NCBI GenBank assembly: GCA_041671645.1
Contig: JBAZBD010000001.1
Location: forward strand, 337,217-401,216
Direction of reading: 5' to 3'
DNA length: 64,000 nucleotides
DNA from: Patescibacteria group bacterium
Lineage (GTDB): Bacteria; Patescibacteriota; UBA1384; XYA2-FULL-43-10; 1-14-0-10-43-13
Shown here: positions 62,504-64,000 of the stretch, piece after piece
How positions within the stretch are numbered: position 1 is the first letter of the stretch
Layout of the letters: each line of letters opens with the position of its first letter
Notes under the pieces: generated by a model
Databases searched by the model: none
What the model saw: the letters and a program-made list of their open reading frames with translations, nothing else
What the model was told of the DNA's origin: nothing
Translations under genes and position numbers: made by a program

Positions 62504-63437
62504 TATGAAAAATTATTTTATTCGTGAATTGGGCGATGAGGTCAAGTTCAATGTCCCGCTCAAGGACTTCGTCAGTTTGAAAGTAGGGGGCGCGGCCGAA
62601 ATGTTTTATGAGGCCAAAGATATTGAATCACTGACCAAGGCAATCGTAGCGGCCGACAAGAAGAGTATTCCCTTTTTCGTACTTGGCGGGGGCTACAATA
62701 TCGTCCCATCCGATGCCGGTGTGGCAGGACTAGTGATCAAAAATTCAAGCAGTAATATTATTCTAACTCCTGAATCCTCAGTTGTGATCGCCGATTCAGG
62801 AGTCTCTCTGGGTAGACTGATCAATTTAGCGGCTGGGCGTGACTTGGGGGGACTGGAGTTCCTGGCGGGCATCCCAAGCACTGTCGGCGGCGCGATTTAT
62901 GGCAACGCTGGATCGCCGAGCTCCACAATCGGAGAGTATGTCAAATCAGTCACAATGCTCGTGAAAAAGGATGATAAGTTGGTGATCGAGAAGCACGACA
63001 AAGAGTGGATGCAATTCGGATATAGGACTTCTAGGCTCAAGAAAAATAAGAGCAAAGACGCTTTTACCCCAGTGATATTGACCGCTACTCTCCAGCTAAT
63101 TCGCCGTCGAAAAGACGAAATCATGCAATCAATGAAAGAGACTATCCATATGAAAAAGAAGAATCAGCCGCTGGACGAATCTTCGGCGGGTAGCTTCTTT
63201 CGAAATCCTGGAATTGGCAAGGAGATGGCAGCTGGATATTTACTTGAAAAATCTGGAGCCAAAAAAATGAAAATTGGCGGGGCAACTTTTTCCCGCAAAC
63301 ACGCCAATTTCCTGGTCAACAAGAAGCGAGCCTCTGCCGATGATATCCGACTCTTGGCCGAAAAGGCCAAGCTGGCCGTGGCTGATAAGTGCGGTGTCAA
63401 CCTGGAAGAGGAAGTGGAATATATTGGTCAGTGGTGA
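62496..63437 (+). CDS. murB: UDP-N-acetylenolpyruvoylglucosamine reductase
   Basis: FAD-binding VGGAAE and GSFFRNP motifs. Occupies the usual ddl position. Confidence 0.85.
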   Translation: MTDMKNYFIRELGDEVKFNVPLKDFVSLKVGGAAEMFYEAKDIESLTKAIVAADKKSIPFFVLGGGYNIVPSDAGVAGLVIKNSSSNIILTPESSVVIADSGVSLGRLINLAAGRDLGGLEFLAGIPSTVGGAIYGNAGSPSSTIGEYVKSVTMLVKKDDKLVIEKHDKEWMQFGYRTSRLKKNKSKDAFTPVILTATLQLIRRRKDEIMQSMKETIHMKKKNQPLDESSAGSFFRNPGIGKEMAAGYLLEKSGAKKMKIGGATFSRKHANFLVNKKRASADDIRLLAEKAKLAVADKCGVNLEEEVEYIGQW

Positions 63438-63516
63438 GGAGGCATAGATAATCAAGCAACATAATTATCGCAAATATCGCTCGTCGCTCATATTCGAGCC
63501 CAAAGAGGAGAAGAAA

Positions 63517-64000
63517 ATTTCTTTCTCTTTTAAAAGTCTCAAATATTTTTTGGTTGTTGCGATCCTCGGGTACCTTGTTTATTTTGTCCTCTTCTCCCCA
63601 AGATTTTATATCCAAGACGTTCTTGTCGAGGGAAGTAGTCTGGTCTCAAAGGATCAGATTATAGCCGAGGTTCCTCGGGGCAATATTTTTCGGCTCAATG
63701 TGACCGCATTAAAATCGAAGTTAGTTCGCGACTTTCCGGAAATCCGAGAAGTCGAAGTATTCCGCGGCATACCCAACGCTCTTAAAATTGTGATCAACGA
63801 GCGGGATGGCAAAATCGTCTGGCAAAGTGGAGAAAATAAATATTTGGTCAGTAGCCAGGGTGAGGTGACGAGGCAAGTTGTGGGAGCTGAGGGCGACAAG
63901 TTGCCGATAGTTGTCGACAAGAAGGGCCTCTCGGTCAAGCCAGGGCAACTTTTGGCTTCGCCAAACCTGATTGCTTTTGTCGTCAATATTCAGAGTGGAC
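63517..64000 (+). CDS. ftsQ: Cell division protein FtsQ/DivIB (5' part, runs off the window)
   Basis: TM helix YFLVVAILGYLVYFVLF followed by a POTRA-like YIQDVLVEGSSLVSKDQI...FRLNV...L. The frame opens at 63448 with no ATG or GTG. A possible rare ATT start at 63517 follows RBS gaggag, or TTG at 63550. Confidence 0.55.
   Translation, partial: MSFSFKSLKYFLVVAILGYLVYFVLFSPRFYIQDVLVEGSSLVSKDQIIAEVPRGNIFRLNVTALKSKLVRDFPEIREVEVFRGIPNALKIVINERDGKIVWQSGENKYLVSSQGEVTRQVVGAEGDKLPIVVDKKGLSVKPGQLLASPNLIAFVVNIQSG

Overview
The window reads as a gene-dense, small-genome bacterium of Candidate Phyla Radiation / Patescibacteria type. That call is inference from content only: domain-minimal housekeeping enzymes, unlinked rRNA genes, several tandem type IV pilin genes and a group 3b [NiFe] hydrogenase. 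Core genes: partial prfA-like release factor, rpmE, rpsB-tsf, pyrH-frr-rseP-proS, a short uvrC, a YvcK-like gene, tpiA-gap-hypC, a minus-strand hydBGDA operon followed by an ABC-2 exporter, pgk-fba-pfkB-like, tig, a glycosyltransferase, clpP and a Nif3-like gene. The rRNA locus is split: 16S (29567..31010) has its own promoter and an intrinsic terminator right after it. About 9.9 kb of protein-coding DNA then follows, with tRNA-Ile (+) and tRNA-Ala (-) scattered in it, before a separately promoted 23S-5S unit (40866..44112). Downstream lie three tandem type IV pilin paralogs beside a PadR regulator, then fpg, a GlmU-like uridyltransferase, recO, glyQS and a dcw cluster (mraZ-ftsL-ftsI-murF-mraY-murD-ftsW-murG-murC-murB-ftsQ) without rsmH, murE or ddl. 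No CRISPR array or clear transposase is present. The main second-look items are the split rRNA locus carrying a tRNA-Ile 3'-half duplication; the hydrogenase/hypC/glycolysis/ABC neighbourhood; the PadR-pilin cassette with ~75 bp recombinogenic 5' repeats; and a twice-duplicated 41 bp promoter cassette driving a small hydrophobic peptide and an unknown protein inserted between tsf and pyrH.
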